Assembly (NCBI RefSeq): GCF_000014785.1
Contig: NC_008340.1
Span: forward strand, 1,530,001-1,562,000
Length of the DNA stretch: 32,000 nt
Direction of reading: 5' to 3'
From: Alkalilimnicola ehrlichii MLHE-1
GTDB lineage: Bacteria > Pseudomonadota > Gammaproteobacteria > Nitrococcales > Halorhodospiraceae
This document shows, piece by piece, positions 19,552 to 29,023 of this stretch. Numbering within the stretch: position 1 is the first letter of the stretch; every line of letters begins with the position of its first letter. Both the position numbers and the translations under genes were made by a program. Below the pieces are notes generated by a model. It ran no database searches. It worked only from the letters and a program-made list of their open reading frames with translations, and had not been told where the DNA came from.

Positions 19552-20445
19552 ATGTCATACCCCACCGTCGAGGCCTTTGTAGGCAACACCCCGCTGGTGC
19601 GCCTCCAGCGCATGGTGCCACCCGAGCGCAACAACCGGATCCTGGCCAAGCTGGAGGGCAACAACCCCGCCGGCTCGGTGAAGGACCGGCCAGCTGTGCA
19701 CATGATCCGTCGCGCCGAGGAACGGGGCCGGATCCGGCCCGGCGACACCCTGATCGAAGCCACCAGTGGCAATACCGGCATCGCGCTGGCCATGGCGGCC
19801 GCCATCAAGGGCTACCGCATGGTCCTGATCATGCCGGAGAACATGAGCACCGAGCGGCGTGCCTCCATGGCCGCCTACGGCGCGGAGCTGGTGCTGGTCA
19901 GCCAGGAGGAGGGCATGGAGGGCGCACGGGATCTGGCCGCCCGCATGGCCGAAGAGGGCCGGGGGCTGGTCCTGGACCAGTTCGCCAACCCTGATAACTC
20001 GGCCGCCCACTACGAGAGCACCGGCCCGGAGATCTGGCGCGACACCGAGGGCACGATCACCCACTTCGTCAGCTCCATGGGGACCACCGGCACCATCATG
20101 GGCTGCTCCCGGTTCTTTAAGGAGCAGTCGGAGGCGGTGCAGATCGTCGGTGTGCAGCCGGAGGACGGCTCCAGCATCCCCGGTATCCGGCGCTGGCCGG
20201 AGGCCTACCTGCCGAAGATCTACGAGCCGGCCCGCGTGGACCGCATCCTCGATGTCAGCAGCGACGACGCCATCACCACCACCCGCCGGCTGGCGGCGGA
20301 GGAGGGGATCATGGCGGGCATGTCGTCCGGTGGTTGCCTGCACGCGGCCCTGCGTCTGGAGCGGGAGGTGGAGAACGCCACCATCGTGGTCATCATCTGT
20401 GACCGGGGCGACCGTTACCTCTCCACCGGGCTGTTCGAAGGCTGA
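19552..20445 (+). CDS. cysM: Cysteine synthase B (O-acetylserine sulfhydrylase, CysM-like)
   Basis: 'GNTPLVRLQR', 'KLEG.NPAGSVKDRPA' (PLP lysine) and 'TSGNTGIALAM'. ATG at 19552 preferred over the TTG at 19540. Confidence 0.9.
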   Translation: MSYPTVEAFVGNTPLVRLQRMVPPERNNRILAKLEGNNPAGSVKDRPAVHMIRRAEERGRIRPGDTLIEATSGNTGIALAMAAAIKGYRMVLIMPENMSTERRASMAAYGAELVLVSQEEGMEGARDLAARMAEEGRGLVLDQFANPDNSAAHYESTGPEIWRDTEGTITHFVSSMGTTGTIMGCSRFFKEQSEAVQIVGVQPEDGSSIPGIRRWPEAYLPKIYEPARVDRILDVSSDDAITTTRRLAAEEGIMAGMSSGGCLHAALRLEREVENATIVVIICDRGDRYLSTGLFEG

Positions 20446-20447
20446 TC

Positions 20448-21239
20448 ATGAATGTGCTCGTCTTTGATATCGAAACCGTACCCGATGTGGTGGGCGGCCG
20501 TCGCCTCCTCGGGCTGGACCCGAGTCTTTCCGACCAGGAGGTGGCCGAGGCCATGATGGCCCTGCGGCGGCAGAGTGCCGGGACCGACTTCCAGCGCCTG
20601 CACCTGCACCGGATCGTTGCCATCTCCATCGCCGCCGACCTGGACCGGCACGGCTTTCGGGTCTGGTCGCTGGGGGACCCGGAGGATGACGAGGCAGAGC
20701 TGATCCGCCGCTTCTTTGACGGCGTTGAACGCTATGCGCCCCGGCTCGTCTCCTGGAACGGCGGTGGTTTCGACCTGCCCGTGCTGCACTACCGGGCGCT
20801 GCTGCATGGGATCACCGCCCGCCGCTACTGGGACAGCGGCCAGGAGGACCGCGATTTCCGCTTCAACAACTACCTCAACCGGTTTCACGACCGCCATACT
20901 GACCTGATGGACGTGCTGGCCGGGTACCAGGCCCGGGCCAATGCGCCGCTGGACGAGATCGCCACCCTGCTGGGCTATCCGGGCAAGATGGGGATGAGCG
21001 GGGGCAAGGTCTGGGAGGCGGTGCAGGCCGGGGAGCTGGGCGCGGTTCGCGACTACTGCGAGACGGATGTGCTCAACACCTACCTGGTCTGGCTGCGCTA
21101 TCAGCTCATGCGCGGCCGGCTCACCCCGGAAGGGCTGCAGGCCGAGGAGGGGCGGGTCAAAGAGGCCCTGCGCGGCGACGGCCGCCCCCACCTGCAGGCC
21201 TTCCTCGCCGCCTGGGAGGGGGACGACCATGGGGCGTAG
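20448..21239 (+). CDS. Stand-alone DEDDy 3'-5' exonuclease related to the PolB exonuclease domain (COG3298-like); cellular role unknown
   Basis: Exo I 'VFDIETVPD', Exo II 'SWNGGGFDLPVL' and Exo III 'YCETDVLNTY'. Starts 2 nt after the cysM stop and overlaps the rlmD start by 11 nt. Confidence 0.75.
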   Translation: MNVLVFDIETVPDVVGGRRLLGLDPSLSDQEVAEAMMALRRQSAGTDFQRLHLHRIVAISIAADLDRHGFRVWSLGDPEDDEAELIRRFFDGVERYAPRLVSWNGGGFDLPVLHYRALLHGITARRYWDSGQEDRDFRFNNYLNRFHDRHTDLMDVLAGYQARANAPLDEIATLLGYPGKMGMSGGKVWEAVQAGELGAVRDYCETDVLNTYLVWLRYQLMRGRLTPEGLQAEEGRVKEALRGDGRPHLQAFLAAWEGDDHGA

Positions 21240-22566
21240 GCGGCGGCGCCTCCCGCGGGAGCCCTTCGAGATAGCGATCACCGGCCTGTCCCACGAGGGG
21301 CGCGGCATCGCCCACCACGACGAACGCACGCTGTTCGTGCACGGTGCCCTGCCGGGTGAGCGGGTGCGGGCGGTCTATACCAAGCGTCGGCGCAGCGTCG
21401 CCGAGGCCCGGGTGGTGGAGGTGGTGTCGCCCGCCCCGGAGCGCATCGCGCCCCATTGTCCCCATTTCGGGGTCTGTGGCGGCTGCAGCCTGCAGCATCT
21501 CACCCCGGAGCGGCAGGTGGAGCTCAAGCAATCGGTGCTGATGGAGCAGTTCCACCATATGGGGGGCGTGCAACCGGAGCGCGTGCTGGCCCCGCTCACC
21601 GGCGCACCGTGGGGGTATCGACGCAAGGCGCGCCTGGCGGTCAAGCACGTGCCCCGCAAGGGGGGGGTCCTGGTGGGGTTCCGGGAGAAGCACAGCCCCT
21701 TTGTCGCGGAGATGGACCGCTGCCCGGTGCTCGACCCACGGGTGGGGGAACGGCTCACCGAGCTCGGGCGCCTGATCGAGGGGCTCTCCATCCCCGACCG
21801 GGTGCCGCAGATTGAGGTGGCCCTGGGCGACGAGACCGGTGCCCTGGTCTTCCGAAACCTGGCGCCCTTGACCGCGGCGGACCTCAACCGCCTCGCCGGT
21901 TTCGCCCGCGACAGTGGCCTGGCGGTCTATCAGCAGCCGGGTAACGAGGCGACCATGGCCCTGGTGCACGACCCGGTGGGCCGGCGATTGGACTACGCTC
22001 TGCCAGGGCATGGCGTGCGCCTGGGCTTCCGGCCCGGCGACTTCACCCAGGTCAATGCCGAGATCAACCGGGCTATGGTGGATCAGGCGCTGGATCTGCT
22101 GGCGGTGGAGCCGGGGCAGCGGGTCCTGGACCTGTTCTGCGGCTTGGGTAATTTCACCCTGCCGCTGGCCCGGCGGGCCAGCGAAGTGGTCGGTGTGGAG
22201 GGGGCCGAGGCGCTGGTGGAACGCGGCCGGGAGAACGCCCTGCGCAACGGCCTGGATAACGTCCGCTTTTACGGGGCCGACCTCACCCTCGCTGCGGCCG
22301 ATCAACCCTGGGCGACCGGCGGCTTCGACCGGGTGCTGTTGGATCCGCCGCGGTCTGGCGCCTTCGAGGTGCTGGGGTTGGTGGCGGCCCTCGGGCCGAA
22401 GCGGATCGTCTACGTCTCCTGTGGCCCGGCCACCCTGGCCCGCGATGCCGGCGAGCTGGTGCACCGGCACGGCTACCGGCTGACCGCCGCCGGGGTCATG
22501 GACATGTTCCCGCACACGGCCCATGTCGAGAGCATGGCGGTGTTCCAAAGAGAGGCGCAGGACTGA
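21229..22566 (+). CDS. rlmD: 23S rRNA (uracil1939-C5)-methyltransferase RlmD (RumA)
   Basis: TRAM-like N-terminus, Fe-S cysteines 'CPHFGVCGGCSLQH', SAM motif 'VLDLFCGLGNFTLPLA', and 'DPPRSG'. Catalytic Cys context 'YVSCGPATLARD'. Start trimmed to the ATG at 21229. Confidence 0.9.
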   Translation: MGRRRRRLPREPFEIAITGLSHEGRGIAHHDERTLFVHGALPGERVRAVYTKRRRSVAEARVVEVVSPAPERIAPHCPHFGVCGGCSLQHLTPERQVELKQSVLMEQFHHMGGVQPERVLAPLTGAPWGYRRKARLAVKHVPRKGGVLVGFREKHSPFVAEMDRCPVLDPRVGERLTELGRLIEGLSIPDRVPQIEVALGDETGALVFRNLAPLTAADLNRLAGFARDSGLAVYQQPGNEATMALVHDPVGRRLDYALPGHGVRLGFRPGDFTQVNAEINRAMVDQALDLLAVEPGQRVLDLFCGLGNFTLPLARRASEVVGVEGAEALVERGRENALRNGLDNVRFYGADLTLAAADQPWATGGFDRVLLDPPRSGAFEVLGLVAALGPKRIVYVSCGPATLARDAGELVHRHGYRLTAAGVMDMFPHTAHVESMAVFQREAQD

Positions 22567-22567
22567 G

Positions 22568-23173
22568 ATGAGTCACCGTATCGAAATCCTCGACAAGTCC
22601 GTCGTTTACGATGGGTTCTTTAAAATGATCCGCTACCGCCTGCGCCACGGCCTGTTCCAGGGCGGGCTGAGCGCGCCGCTGACCCGGGAGCTCTTTGAGC
22701 GGGGGCATTCGGTGGGCGTGCTGCCCTATGACGCCGACCGCGACGAGGTGCTGCTCATTGAGCAGTTCCGCATCGGTGCCTTGGACCATCCGCGCGGGGC
22801 CTGGCTGATGGAGATCGTGGCGGGGATCGTGGAGCCGGGTGAAAGGCCGACGGATGTGGCGCGCCGGGAGGCGGTGGAGGAGGCGGACTGCCGGTTGCAG
22901 GCGATCGAGCCGATCTGCGAATACCTGGTGAGCCCCGGTGGCACCTCGGAATCGGTGGCCCTGTATTGCGCGCGGATGGACAGCGAGGGCCTGGACGGCG
23001 GTATCCATGGCCACGACCACGAGGGCGAGGACATCAAAGTCCACGTGGTGCCCTTCGAGGAGGCCATGGACATGGTCGAGACCGGTATCATCCATTCTGC
23101 CATGCCCATTATCGCCCTGCAGTGGCTGGCGCTGCACCGCGATCGCCTGCGGGAGGCCTGGCAGAGCTATTGA
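22568..23173 (+). CDS. nudF: ADP-ribose pyrophosphatase (Nudix hydrolase NudF-like)
   Basis: Nudix box 'GIVEPGERPTDVARREAVEEADC' with an NudF-like N-terminus ('...Y.GFF....YRL.H.LF.GG'). Start trimmed to the ATG at 22568. Confidence 0.8.
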   Translation: MSHRIEILDKSVVYDGFFKMIRYRLRHGLFQGGLSAPLTRELFERGHSVGVLPYDADRDEVLLIEQFRIGALDHPRGAWLMEIVAGIVEPGERPTDVARREAVEEADCRLQAIEPICEYLVSPGGTSESVALYCARMDSEGLDGGIHGHDHEGEDIKVHVVPFEEAMDMVETGIIHSAMPIIALQWLALHRDRLREAWQSY

Positions 23174-23190
23174 GGCCGCCCCCGCGGGTG

Positions 23191-23982
23191 TCAGGGCGCC
23201 GGATCCACCCGGAGCCAGATCCGCAGCTCCCGGGCATCGGCCGGCCGGGTGCGGAAGATCCGCGTCCCCGGGACCGCCTCCGGGGGCGGATCGCGGTCAA
23301 CGCGGGTCTCGCCCAATAGGATCCACTCACCCACCCGGCCGGTCAGCCGACCGGTCCACTCTCGGGAGAGCACCGAGTCCGGATCCCGCGGGTCCAGGCG
23401 CTGGCTGAGGGCGGAGAGCGCCACGGTCACCCGGTCGTCGCCGTGCAGCAGTGGTCGCGCCACCAGGCTCTGCTCCACGGTGAGGTAATAGGGCCGCTCC
23501 TCCAGCAGGAGGGTGTGCGGGCTGAGATAGATCCGCCGCTGCTCCCGGGGCAGGGCCTGCTCCAGGCGCAGCACCACCTCGCGGCCCTCTTGGGCCAGGA
23601 CCCGCTGCTCACGGCTGACCCGCCCGGTGGCGTGGCGGCGGATCACCGTGCCTTCCCGCTCCTCCCGGCGCACCGGTCCCTCCTCGAAGCGCAGGGTGAG
23701 CGTTACGGCGCGGGTCGGTTGATCCAGTTGTCGCAGCATCCGCTCGGCGGCGTCGAGTTCCGCGCCGGGGCCGCGCAGCAGCAGCTGGAAATGGCGGCCG
23801 CTGAGCCGAGTCTGGTCCAACTGGGGCTCCAGCAGGGGGATCAGGGCCTCCGCCGGCTGATGCTGAAGCTGTATCACCCGGGTTTCCAGGGTGGCCCCCA
23901 GGGCGACCGGGCCGGCGCAAAGCATCGCGAACGCCAGGAGGGCCGGCAGTAGGGCCCTGGCCGCGGGCCGGACGGTGGTCAT
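23191..23982 (-). CDS. Secreted hypothetical protein with an N-terminal secretin-N (NolW-like)-type segment; no secretin C-domain
   Basis: 263 aa from the ATG at 23982. Signal peptide 'MTTVRPAARALLPALLAFAMLCAGPVALGA|TLE', followed by 'RVIQLQHQPAEALIPLLEPQL....FQLLLRGPGAELDAAERMLRQLDQP', which resembles the beta-alpha-beta-beta-alpha secretin N-domain. ATGA overlap with the upstream ORF. The domain call is pattern recognition only. Confidence 0.55.
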   Translation of the reverse strand: MTTVRPAARALLPALLAFAMLCAGPVALGATLETRVIQLQHQPAEALIPLLEPQLDQTRLSGRHFQLLLRGPGAELDAAERMLRQLDQPTRAVTLTLRFEEGPVRREEREGTVIRRHATGRVSREQRVLAQEGREVVLRLEQALPREQRRIYLSPHTLLLEERPYYLTVEQSLVARPLLHGDDRVTVALSALSQRLDPRDPDSVLSREWTGRLTGRVGEWILLGETRVDRDPPPEAVPGTRIFRTRPADARELRIWLRVDPAP

Positions 23983-24476
23983 AACGGCAATACCTTTACC
24001 TCGGGCGACTCCACCGAATAATCCCACAGGGCGTTGAATTCGCGGAGCCACAGGCGGCAGGGGCCGGCGTTGTCCGGGTGCCAGCCCCCCCGGTAGCCCT
24101 CGGAACGGCGGCGCCAGAGGGCGCCCCGGCCGTCCACCATCATCCAGACGGTCTCCGGCAGCTCCGCCTCCGGGGCGAGCTCCCGGATGGCGATCGCCGT
24201 GGGCAGTTTGCGTGCCAGCGCCAGCAGTCGGTGTTTATGCCGGACCAGTGGCTTACTGCTCTCCAGCAGGATGCGGATGCGCGGTTTGGACGCCGTTACT
24301 GCGACCTGCCGTAACGCTTCGGCCAGGGCGGCGGTATTATAGACGCTGGGGTCCAGCTCGGCGGACAGAATATCCACCCGCCGCCGGCCCAGGCGTGCCA
24401 GCCGCACCGCCGCCTCCGCGTGCTCGCTGGCGGTCTCCAGCGGGTGCCAGCCCGGCCTCGTCTCGTCCATGTCCAT
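23979..24476 (-). CDS. Hypothetical cytoplasmic protein (about 165 aa); possible degenerate PLD-like fold lacking the HxK catalytic motif
   Basis: The ORF starts 31 nt downstream of the purB stop on the same strand (ATG at 24476 or 24470; GGAG about 10 nt upstream). The ORF-track start at 24542 would overlap purB. The pattern 'RRVDILSAEL....ALAEALRQVA....RIRILLES' then 'VWMMVDGRGALW' resembles PLD-superfamily layout without the catalytic His/Lys. This is an inference only. Confidence 0.5.
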   Translation of the reverse strand: MDMDETRPGWHPLETASEHAEAAVRLARLGRRRVDILSAELDPSVYNTAALAEALRQVAVTASKPRIRILLESSKPLVRHKHRLLALARKLPTAIAIRELAPEAELPETVWMMVDGRGALWRRRSEGYRGGWHPDNAGPCRLWLREFNALWDYSVESPEVKVLPL

Positions 24477-24507
24477 AGGGACTTGCTCCGCTCGCCATGG
24501 GTTCTGG

Positions 24508-25905
<1,398 letters not shown>

Positions 25906-26041
25906 TTAAGCGGTCGATTGTACTGCGCCAACCGCCGGGCTGCACCCGTCCACAGCCGTTGCCGGAGGCCTACAATGACGGGATGACGGGTCTGGGCGGC
26001 GTGGCCGCCCCTCACCACCGAGACAGGCCGGGAGGTCGACG

Positions 26042-27430
26042 ATGAACGGACAGGGATACCGCATCGAGCGGGACAGCATGGGCGAACTGCAGGTGCCGGA
26101 AACCGCCCTCTGGGGGGCGCAGACCCAGCGTGCGGTGGAGAATTTTCCGGTCAGCGATCTGCGGATGCCGCGCAGCTTCATCCGCGCCCTGGGGCTGATC
26201 AAGGGCGCGGCGGCGCGGGCCAACTATGAGCTGGAGCTCCTCGCCCCGGAGATTGCCGAGGCCATCGCCGAGGCCGCCCGCGAGGTGGAGCAGGGCGACC
26301 ATGACGACCAGTTTCCGGTGGACGTCTTCCAGACCGGCTCCGGCACCAGCAGCAACATGAATGCCAACGAGGTGATTGCCCGCCTGGCCAGCGACCGGTT
26401 GGGCAAGGCCGTACACCCCAACGATCACGTCAACATGGGACAGAGCAGCAATGACGTGATCCCCACCGCCATTCATGTCAGCGCCTGTCTGGCCCTGCAC
26501 GAGCAACTCCTGCCCGCCTTGGAGGGGCTGGAACAACAGATCCGCGACAAGGCCGCGGCGTTGGAGGGGCGGGTCAAGACCGGGCGGACCCATTTGATGG
26601 ACGCCATGCCGGTGAGCTTTGCCCAAGAGCTTGGGGGGTGGGCCACCCAGGTGGGCCACGGCGCGGAGCGCATCCGCGCCAGTCTGCCGCGCCTGGAGGC
26701 GTTGGCCCAGGGCGGGACCGCCGTCGGCACCGGGATCAACGCCCCGCCCTCCTTCGGCGCCCGGGTGGCTGGCCTGATCGCGGAGCGTACCGGAGTGCCC
26801 TTTACGCCCTGCGCGGACCGCTTCGAGGCGCTCTCCAGCCAGGATGCGGCGGTGGAGATGCACGGTCAGCTCCGCACCGTGGCGGTCAGCCTGATGAAGA
26901 TCGCCAATGATCTGCGCTGGATGAACAGCGGGCCGCTGGCCGGTCTGGGCGAGATCGCACTCCCGGCCCTGCAACCGGGCAGCTCGATCATGCCGGGCAA
27001 GGTCAACCCGGTGATCCCGGAGTCGGTGGCCATGGTCAGCGCCCAGGTCATGGGCAACGACACCACCCTGGCGGTCGCCGGCCAGTCGGGCAATTTCCAG
27101 CTCAATGTCATGCTGCCCGTGGTGGGTTACAACCTGTTGCAGAGCATCGGTCTGCTGGCCAACGCCAGCCGGCTGCTGGGGGACAAGGCCATCGCCGGTT
27201 TCACGGTGAACGAGGGGCGCATCGGCGAGGCCCTGGACCGCAACCCCATCCTGGTCACGGCCCTGAACGCGGTGATCGGTTACGAAAAGGGCGCCGAGAT
27301 CGCCAAGACCGCCTACAAAGAGGGCCGTCCGATCATGGAGGTGGCCCGTGAGCACACGGATCTGTCCGAGGAGGCGCTGCAGCGTCTGCTGGACCCGGCC
27401 GCGCTCACCCGGGGCGGGATTCAGAAGTGA
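26042..27430 (+). CDS. fumC: Class II fumarate hydratase
   Basis: 'YRIERDSMGEL.VP..ALWGAQTQRA..NF', 'TGSGTSSNMNANEV' and signature 'GSSIMPGKVNP'. GGAGG Shine-Dalgarno upstream. Confidence 0.95.
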   Translation: MNGQGYRIERDSMGELQVPETALWGAQTQRAVENFPVSDLRMPRSFIRALGLIKGAAARANYELELLAPEIAEAIAEAAREVEQGDHDDQFPVDVFQTGSGTSSNMNANEVIARLASDRLGKAVHPNDHVNMGQSSNDVIPTAIHVSACLALHEQLLPALEGLEQQIRDKAAALEGRVKTGRTHLMDAMPVSFAQELGGWATQVGHGAERIRASLPRLEALAQGGTAVGTGINAPPSFGARVAGLIAERTGVPFTPCADRFEALSSQDAAVEMHGQLRTVAVSLMKIANDLRWMNSGPLAGLGEIALPALQPGSSIMPGKVNPVIPESVAMVSAQVMGNDTTLAVAGQSGNFQLNVMLPVVGYNLLQSIGLLANASRLLGDKAIAGFTVNEGRIGEALDRNPILVTALNAVIGYEKGAEIAKTAYKEGRPIMEVAREHTDLSEEALQRLLDPAALTRGGIQK

Positions 27431-28262
27431 CTGGGCCGGGGCCGCTGCGGCGGTCGTAGCGGGCGAAAAGCTGCCCGGCGCGGCCGTCGCCCTCCCGGTC
27501 CAGATAGAGGTGCACCAGGTCGAAATCCGCGGGCGGGGCCAGCACCGGGCCCTCGGTGATGGTGGCGTAATCGGCACCGGCGACGATGCGCAGGCGGTGG
27601 GTCAGGAACAGGCTCTCCAGGACCCCGGCGCGCAGCAGTTCGTGCATGACCCACGGTCCGGTCACTGAGTAGGCCCGCCGGTAGCCTTCGGCGGCCAGGT
27701 GCCGGGTTAGCCGTGCCGCGTCCACCCGCGGGCCGGCACCGCAGTCGATCACCGTGGCGCCCTGGCGTTCCAGGCGATCACGGGCCCGGGGGGAGGCCCC
27801 GGTGACGGTGGCCACCCAGACCCGCCGACCCTGACGGAACAACAACTCGGGAAGTGGGAAGTCCAGGGTCGCACTCAACACCACCACGTCCGGTTGACCG
27901 GGGAGGCCCTGGTCCTGCCGCCAGGCAACCAGGTCGCCGTAATCCGTTCCGAGCGGAAGAATATCCTGTGCCCGGCCCGCCTGCAGGTCACGGAAGTAGC
28001 GTCCGCTGCTGAGGAGGATGTCCGCCCGCGCGGCCAGCTCCTGGAACAGCCGCCAGTCCCGCCGGTTGGCGATGCTGCCCGGTACCGTCTGCGCCGGCAA
28101 GCCGTCGCCCAGGGCGATGCGTCCGTCCAGGCTGGTGACGAAGTTGCCGTAGACGTAGAGCCGGTCGTCCCCGCGCGGCAGCGGCAGGTCGCGATACAGG
28201 TTGGTCAGGGGGATGGGGTCGTGGTTGCCCGGCGGGTGCAGGGGGATCAGCGGTGGCGTCAT
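27405..28262 (-). CDS. RibD C-terminal-domain (DHFR-like) reductase family protein; substrate unknown
   Basis: 'YVYGNFVTSLDGRIA........GSI....DWRLFQELAARADILLSSGRY' is typical of the RibD_C / pyrimidine reductase fold. There is no deaminase domain. ATG at 28262 preferred over the TTG at 28271. Confidence 0.6.
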   Translation of the reverse strand: MTPPLIPLHPPGNHDPIPLTNLYRDLPLPRGDDRLYVYGNFVTSLDGRIALGDGLPAQTVPGSIANRRDWRLFQELAARADILLSSGRYFRDLQAGRAQDILPLGTDYGDLVAWRQDQGLPGQPDVVVLSATLDFPLPELLFRQGRRVWVATVTGASPRARDRLERQGATVIDCGAGPRVDAARLTRHLAAEGYRRAYSVTGPWVMHELLRAGVLESLFLTHRLRIVAGADYATITEGPVLAPPADFDLVHLYLDREGDGRAGQLFARYDRRSGPGPVTSESRPG

Positions 28263-28316
28263 AGTGAGCAACGGGCCTGGTTGGTGATGGGATGATGGCC
28301 TGATACCGGCGGGAAA

Positions 28317-28329
28317 TCCAGCGTATACT
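28317..28329 (+). promoter_or_regulatory. Candidate sigma-70 -10 (TATACT at 28324-28329) for the UDG-uvrC-pgsA unit; weak -35 (cTGAtA) about 18 nt upstream
   Basis: The TATACT hexamer lies in the lower-GC divergent spacer, about 50 nt upstream of the TTG start at 28379. Confidence 0.3.
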
Positions 28330-28378
28330 GGGCGCCTCTCAGACCCACGGTTAATGTAACCCTAGACGTGTAACTATT

Positions 28379-29023
28379 TTGAGCTGCATCGCGCCCTTTG
28401 ACCTGCATTGCCGTCGCTGCCCGCGTCTGGCGGCGTTCCTGGACCAGGTGGCGGCGGATCATCCGGCTTATCACGCGCGCCCGGTACCCTCTTTCGGTGA
28501 CCCGGCGGCGCGCCTGCTGGTGGTCGGCCTGGCTCCGGGGATGCACGGCGCCAACGCCAGCGGTCGGCCCTTCACCGGGGATCATGCCGGCATCCTGCTC
28601 TACCGTACCCTTCACGCGTGTGGCTTCGCCAATCAGCCCAATGGCGACCACCCGGAGGACGGGCTGGTGCTGCACGACTGCCGCATCACCAACGCCGTGC
28701 GCTGCCTGCCACCGGGCAACAAGCCCAACCGCCAGGAGGTGCGCAACTGCCTGCCCTACCTGCGATACGAGTTGTCGAGCCTGGGGCCGGGGGGCGTGGT
28801 GCTGGCGCTGGGGCGTGTGGCCCATGAGGCGGTGCTGCTGGCAGAGGACGAGCGCCTCAGCCACCATCCCTTCGCCCATGGCGCGGAGCACCCCCTCGCG
28901 GGCGGGCGCATCCTGTTGGACAGCTACCACTGCAGCCGGTACAACACCCAGACCCGGCGCCTGACCCCGGCAATGTTCTCCGCCGTTTTCCAGCACGCGC
29001 GCCATCTGCTCAGCCGCTCATGA
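28379..29023 (+). CDS. Uracil-DNA glycosylase superfamily protein, family 5 (UDGb)-like, Fe-S type
   Basis: Motif A 'VVGLAPGMHGANASGRPFTGD' (GLAP rather than the GEAPG of family 4) and motif B 'SYHCSRYNTQTRRLT'. Fe-S cysteines are 'CRRC' and 'C-X14-C' (AVRCLPPGNKPNRQEVRNC). Apparent TTG start, so the start is uncertain. Confidence 0.7.
   Translation: MSCIAPFDLHCRRCPRLAAFLDQVAADHPAYHARPVPSFGDPAARLLVVGLAPGMHGANASGRPFTGDHAGILLYRTLHACGFANQPNGDHPEDGLVLHDCRITNAVRCLPPGNKPNRQEVRNCLPYLRYELSSLGPGGVVLALGRVAHEAVLLAEDERLSHHPFAHGAEHPLAGGRILLDSYHCSRYNTQTRRLTPAMFSAVFQHARHLLSRS

Noticed and set aside
11718-22548. A series of long antisense ORFs: 11718..12863, 13437..14711, 14639..15712, 15905..16786, 17542..18114, 18410..19045, 19555..20343, 20415..21329 and 21157..22548.
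   Set aside because: Each is fully shadowed by a motif-supported gene on the other strand (degP, lepA, lepB, rnc, recO, pdxJ, cysM, the exonuclease, rlmD). Their compositions are typical of GC-rich non-coding frames.
6656-22566. Long N-terminal extensions in the ORF track for nadB (to 8452), lepA (from 12897), pdxJ (from 18245), acpS (from 18949), rlmD (from 21067), nudF (from 22523), sdhC (from 2515) and sdhA (from 3343).
   Set aside because: The extensions overlap upstream genes or intergenic DNA and encode Arg/Pro/Gly-rich junk. Internal ATGs reproduce the conserved N-termini and often form ATGA or Shine-Dalgarno-supported starts.
28327-28343. CTG-N9-CAG upstream of the UDG-uvrC unit as a possible LexA SOS box.
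   Set aside because: The gammaproteobacterial SOS box is CTGT-N8-ACAG (CTG-N10-CAG) with an AT-rich centre. This site has the wrong spacing and a GC-rich centre.
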